Source: the human T2T-CHM13v2.0 reference genome, Homo sapiens
Direction of reading: 5' to 3'
Assembly: GCA_009914755.4 (NCBI GenBank)
Contig: CP068257.2
Coordinates: 29,504,001 to 29,568,000 of the forward strand
Length of the DNA: 64,000 bases
Part shown: positions 63,911 through 64,000 of the stretch, piece after piece
Layout: every line of letters starts with the position of its first letter
Numbering within the stretch: the first letter of the stretch is position 1
Translations under genes and position numbers: made by a program
The notes under the pieces: generated by a model
What the model was told of the DNA's origin: nothing
The model's input: only the letters and a program-made list of their open reading frames with translations
Databases searched by the model: none

Positions 63911-64000
63911 AGCTGGGTGTGGTGGTGGGCAACTCTATTCCCAGCTACTTGGGAGGCTGAGGCAGGAGAATTGCTTGAACCAAGGAGGCAGAGGTTGCAG
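63911..64000 (+). mobile_element. Alu SINE right-arm fragment running off the window end
   Basis: Reads agctgggtgtggtggtgggcaactctattcccagctacttgggaggctgaggcaggagaattgcttgaaccaaggaggcagaggttgcag. Confidence 0.8.

Overview
This window is human (primate) nuclear DNA. It contains about 38 Alu copies with poly-A/T tails and target-site duplications, L1 ORF2 remnants, MaLR LTRs, MIRs and microsatellites. It is not prokaryotic: there are no operons, CRISPR arrays, rRNA or tRNA genes. The only protein-coding content I can support is a run of 10 small exons on the minus strand of a TIAM-family Rho-GEF, most consistent with TIAM1 on human chr21q22. Read 5'->3' on the minus strand, they encode the end of the Ras-binding domain, the complete PDZ domain, a Ser/Glu-rich linker and most of the DH (RhoGEF) domain. 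All ten have a polypyrimidine-AG acceptor and a GT donor, and the reading frame is continuous exon to exon, so I consider the gene structure solid. The gene name rests on my recall of the TIAM1 protein sequence; no database search was possible. The six-frame ORF track is mostly noise here: most long ORFs fall in Alus or in GC-rich intronic DNA. Inside the large introns I flag several things that the exon and repeat annotation does not explain. The first is a 155-nt exon-like segment with strong splice signals and a frame-compatible 51-codon ORF, sitting in a CpG-retaining block that carries a perfect CCAAT box; it could be an alternative exon or an internal first exon. The second is another roughly 700-bp CpG-retaining block with a GC box. 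I also flag inverted Alu pairs bracketing the DH exons (candidate circRNA drivers), two Alus inserted at the same target site, a MITE-like element with terminal inverted repeats, an AT-rich unstable-looking block and a hairpin-forming tandem repeat. I found no exciting prokaryotic-style system; this is ordinary, Alu-dense human genic DNA.
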